A stretch of 64,000 nt of DNA from Psammoneis japonica. Taxonomy: Eukaryota. Location of the stretch: assembly GCA_008632985.1 (NCBI GenBank), contig QPGO01000015.1, positions 125,998 through 189,997 of the forward strand. Direction: 5' to 3'. The position numbers were made by a program, and so were the translations under genes. Positions 60,653-64,000 of this stretch are shown in pieces. The notes beneath the pieces were generated by a model that was given only the letters and a program-made list of their open reading frames with translations, was not told the DNA's origin and ran no database searches. How positions within the stretch are numbered: the stretch's first letter is position 1; each line of letters opens with the position of its first letter.

Positions 60653-61429
60653 ATGACTGTTCCCTTGAAACTCTTATCTCTAGCCGCATTTATGTCGCTT
60701 CAACTTGGTGTGGAAGGTTTTGCTTTTGTCCCACGTCGGGAGAGAGGCCCGCTCTTCATGAGCGAGCCATCTGATACATCAAGCGACGGCATTTTAACTG
60801 TCGAAAGTGAGCCGTATTCACCGAGTGAAAACGAGGCCCTCGTCACATCGGTAATGGATGAACTCCCGGACCTTCTTGGTGAAGTGAATAGTGAAACCCG
60901 CTCTTCCATCAATGAGCTGTTGCTCAAATTGGAATCGATGAATCCCACCGAGGAACCCACAATGTCGAACCTGCTCAACGGTGTTTGGGAACTTCGGTAT
61001 GCCGCAAACTACTCGCCTGAGTGGGCCGCTCCAAGTCCTACACGACAAATCGCCCTCTTCATATATTCTGGCGGATACAGTCCAGGCCTATTCGCCCTAT
61101 CACTAGCACAGAAACTCCCACCGCAGCTGGTGGATCTCGGAGACCCCGAGATTTCTATTTCACGGGAACAGCCGCGCATTGAAGCGAGAGTTTCTGCGAA
61201 GTTTCTGGGAGGCAATGAGAACGACATCGTAGTCAAGGCTCGCCTGAACCTGGAATCTGGTGTTCGAATGAAGGAAACTTATGAATCCGCCACAATCCTT
61301 GACCAAGAAATCGAACTTCCGGACGCAGTTCAGTATGCTCGTGACTTGTATATCACCTACCTAGATGACGATCTTTTGATTGTCCGGGATGCAAGTGGTG
61401 TGCCAGAGGTTCTAGTGCGTAAGAAATAA
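60653..61429 (+). CDS. Plastid lipid-associated protein / fibrillin (PAP_fibrillin)
   Basis: Signal peptide followed by Phe (VEG-FAF), plus LESMNPT, LLNGVWELRY and ITYLDDDLLIVRD. Confidence 0.92.
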   Translation: MTVPLKLLSLAAFMSLQLGVEGFAFVPRRERGPLFMSEPSDTSSDGILTVESEPYSPSENEALVTSVMDELPDLLGEVNSETRSSINELLLKLESMNPTEEPTMSNLLNGVWELRYAANYSPEWAAPSPTRQIALFIYSGGYSPGLFALSLAQKLPPQLVDLGDPEISISREQPRIEARVSAKFLGGNENDIVVKARLNLESGVRMKETYESATILDQEIELPDAVQYARDLYITYLDDDLLIVRDASGVPEVLVRKK

Positions 61430-61647
61430 GAAATAAAAGCAGTAGCGGAATAGATTGAAAATAATAGTTATTTCCTCCATTTTGTCATTCTGGTTGAGGA
61501 GCAGTTTCAAGTTGCAGTTTCGATCCGAACACGGCTTTTTGGCATGCACAAATGCCGCTGAAGGACTGTGAGGATGACGAGAATTCGCGGCCCGTGGTTT
61601 ATAATCTATTTCGTGCGCGATATTCTCTGTCTGGAGCGCAGGGTCTG

Positions 61648-63969
61648 TCAACCGGAGTGGCTATGCTTCAACACAGGCATGCTAAGGACATCCATATCGT
61701 GGCGATCCTCGATCCGCGAATTAAGTGGTGCAGTAAGAACTCCGCTGTTGTCGCTTGTGCTTCTTTTTTCCATGAGAGAGGGAGCACGGAAATCATGGTT
61801 GCTCCACATGCTGCCATGCTCGTGGCCGTTGCCAGTCAGTATATCAAACGCGCTTTCAACGGCAGAATCAAACCAAGTATCTTTATCTTCGGAAGCCACA
61901 ATGGAACCCTTGTCTAGTGAAAGCGATTCTCTTTCAGATGCTCTATTCGGTAGGATTTCCATAGCAGCGTCGAAAGCGCCAGCGAAACCTCCGCATCCGA
62001 CAAGATCGGCACACGGAGCGAAGCCAAGTTCACACAGTCCTGTAGGAGCCGATGCCCCTCTGGCGCCTGACTTCGGTTCGGGTGTCTTGCAGCAGTACAT
62101 GTAGTTGTTCAGAAAGGCATCGCTATCTTTGACGGAAACAAACAACCCGCGTGTCCTTGCAGACATTGCACTAGCTTTCGGTGAGTGAGTCGAAAGACGC
62201 TTCAGCATGCTTTTCGCTGCGAGATCGAACCTCGTTGCCAGGCTTGATCCACCAGGCTCTGATTTTCCTGCGGAGAAGTGCTTCTTCAGATCCGGCAAAT
62301 GAAAACTCGACGCAAAGCTTGGTGCACCAGGTTCTGATGAGATTGCTGTCGCGTTGCGTACCTCGTGCTTGCCGCCAACAATAGTGTGGTCAGAAGAGCC
62401 CTTTGGTACGTCGCTCAGTGAAGGGAGGGACATGACTCGGCGTAGACTTCTCCGTCTGTCATTTTTTACCAACTGTTTGTGTGGATCTGCATTGCCAACC
62501 GCAGCTGCATCCGAGGTGTAGCTTTCTGCTGTGAAGGCGGGCGCCGCCAAGAATTCACAGGGATTGTATGGCGGGGTCTGCATACATTCGTTCACTTCTT
62601 TGCTTCCACTGTCGAAAGATGATGCAACAAAAAGATCGTTGGAGGGGTCCTGATTTTCTGGCTCTGTAAAACGTGGACGGCCATAACATGAATCTTTCTG
62701 TGCTGAAGCGCAGCCATTGGATGACATGTTTACATTCGAGGACAAATCGTGGTCGCCCCCTCCCTTTATGAAAACGCCTTCGTGCTGCGCTTCCTCATCA
62801 CACGCCTTAGGAATCCTCCGCAATGATCCAGTGATGTCTCCCTCACTCGATAATCCTTGAGATTCTTCCTCTTTGCAAGTTCTAGAGCTGGGGGTCATTC
62901 CGCCAGTGACATTTGCGGGGCAAACACCTACATCGTCTTGGGTTCCAACCTCAAAGTCTGAAGTCTCGACAAGATCAGATAAGCCATTCCGTAAAGGTCG
63001 CATGGGCAGGGCAAATGAAGAGGATCCACTGGGTGCAGAAAGGTCCAACAAAGCAATTTTTCTGTCTCCATTTTGGAAAGGAGTATCTTCATGCATAATC
63101 TCCCCATCAGACGAACAGCGTCGGCGCTTTCCTTTTATGCCTTTCAATCGAATTGGTGTCATAAATTCTGTAGTCAAGCCGATTGGTGGGTGTCTTTCTA
63201 CGTCTTCGCACTCTTCTGATGCTCCAGCTAGCTCGGAATCAAGCTGACGGCTTGTTGCCCCGTGCCCAAGACAGGATGATGATGTAGATGATGCAGTAGA
63301 AACGGTCCTGTTATCCATGATGTCAAAGGGAGGTCGAGGTAACTGAGCTTTCTCTTCTCGCATCTGGCTTTCTCCCTCGATATTCGGGATGTGCAATCCG
63401 GACGGAATCCGGATTGGACCACGAGTACGCGGCGGTCCCGAAACTATTTGTTGGGCAAGCACCTTGCCTACGCCTCCCGAATCAAACAGAGAGTACTTGC
63501 TACTTTCGCCATTTAAATTTTCGTGTGATGGCAACTCATTGACAACATCTCTGTCATCATAATCAGCTTCGCCGGAATCGATGAGAGAGTTGGGGGAAAA
63601 CTCAGAATCTTCTTTGAATATTGATCTCTTGGGCGTTAATATCGACATTCTCCTCGATGCTTCTGTGCGAGGGGATAGATATTCCCGTGGGTTTGTATTG
63701 CTGTGACTTCCAATAGTCGTCGCAACCTTTTTTGGGGCGTCTTCATCACGGTCAACCCCCCAAAGCTTCAGCTTCCTCAAGAACGCAATTGACTGCCCCA
63801 TACTGTGTGCAGCGCTAGACGTGTCAGACCCATCCGTGTGCTGAGGACGTTTCCGCCGGTGTGGAAGGAGAGTTTGTTGATCAACGCCGCGCTGAGCCAT
63901 ATGTGATCTTAAGTTTTTGTGGAGAGCTTCCAAGCGAGGGATAACCTCGTTCACATCCCGAAGCGCCAC
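61648..63969 (-). CDS. Hypothetical Ser-rich, probably disordered protein; 5' end likely outside the window
   Basis: Uninterrupted 773-codon ORF in normal-composition DNA. No recognisable domain. Confidence 0.75.
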   Translation of the reverse strand: MALRDVNEVIPRLEALHKNLRSHMAQRGVDQQTLLPHRRKRPQHTDGSDTSSAAHSMGQSIAFLRKLKLWGVDRDEDAPKKVATTIGSHSNTNPREYLSPRTEASRRMSILTPKRSIFKEDSEFSPNSLIDSGEADYDDRDVVNELPSHENLNGESSKYSLFDSGGVGKVLAQQIVSGPPRTRGPIRIPSGLHIPNIEGESQMREEKAQLPRPPFDIMDNRTVSTASSTSSSCLGHGATSRQLDSELAGASEECEDVERHPPIGLTTEFMTPIRLKGIKGKRRRCSSDGEIMHEDTPFQNGDRKIALLDLSAPSGSSSFALPMRPLRNGLSDLVETSDFEVGTQDDVGVCPANVTGGMTPSSRTCKEEESQGLSSEGDITGSLRRIPKACDEEAQHEGVFIKGGGDHDLSSNVNMSSNGCASAQKDSCYGRPRFTEPENQDPSNDLFVASSFDSGSKEVNECMQTPPYNPCEFLAAPAFTAESYTSDAAAVGNADPHKQLVKNDRRRSLRRVMSLPSLSDVPKGSSDHTIVGGKHEVRNATAISSEPGAPSFASSFHLPDLKKHFSAGKSEPGGSSLATRFDLAAKSMLKRLSTHSPKASAMSARTRGLFVSVKDSDAFLNNYMYCCKTPEPKSGARGASAPTGLCELGFAPCADLVGCGGFAGAFDAAMEILPNRASERESLSLDKGSIVASEDKDTWFDSAVESAFDILTGNGHEHGSMWSNHDFRAPSLMEKRSTSDNSGVLTAPLNSRIEDRHDMDVLSMPVLKHSHSG

Positions 63970-64000
63970 AACCTTAAGTTTCGGCGCTGAGCGAAATGAT

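Overview
Eukaryotic genomic window, most likely a diatom. The evidence is CoDi-type Ty1/copia elements, short GT-AG introns, a plastid fibrillin with a bipartite leader and a SELMA-like ubiquitin. Four blocks alternate: transposon relics (1 to ~19,050), about 8 genes (~19,500-34,800), transposon relics (~34,950-55,000) and about 5 genes (~55,150-64,000). The main signal is a directional hypermutation confined to the transposon blocks. TpA is almost eliminated (TA to CA/TG, so Tyr becomes His/Cys and TAA/TAG stops vanish). CpG is also lost in the older relics but retained in the youngest element and at block borders, which is the opposite polarity to fungal RIP. Reading through this mutation reveals several elements: a piggyBac with an N-terminal DEDDh exonuclease, a full-length copia carrying an extra 3' ORF shared with a second copy, a nested TRIM-like element, and a Penelope-like RT followed by a hammerhead ribozyme. 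The gene blocks include a Lin0512-HSF-HSF fusion beside a stand-alone Lin0512 gene, and a leader-bearing tandem ubiquitin lacking K48 and K63. All calls come from reading the sequence and recognising motifs. No searches or computed counts were run.
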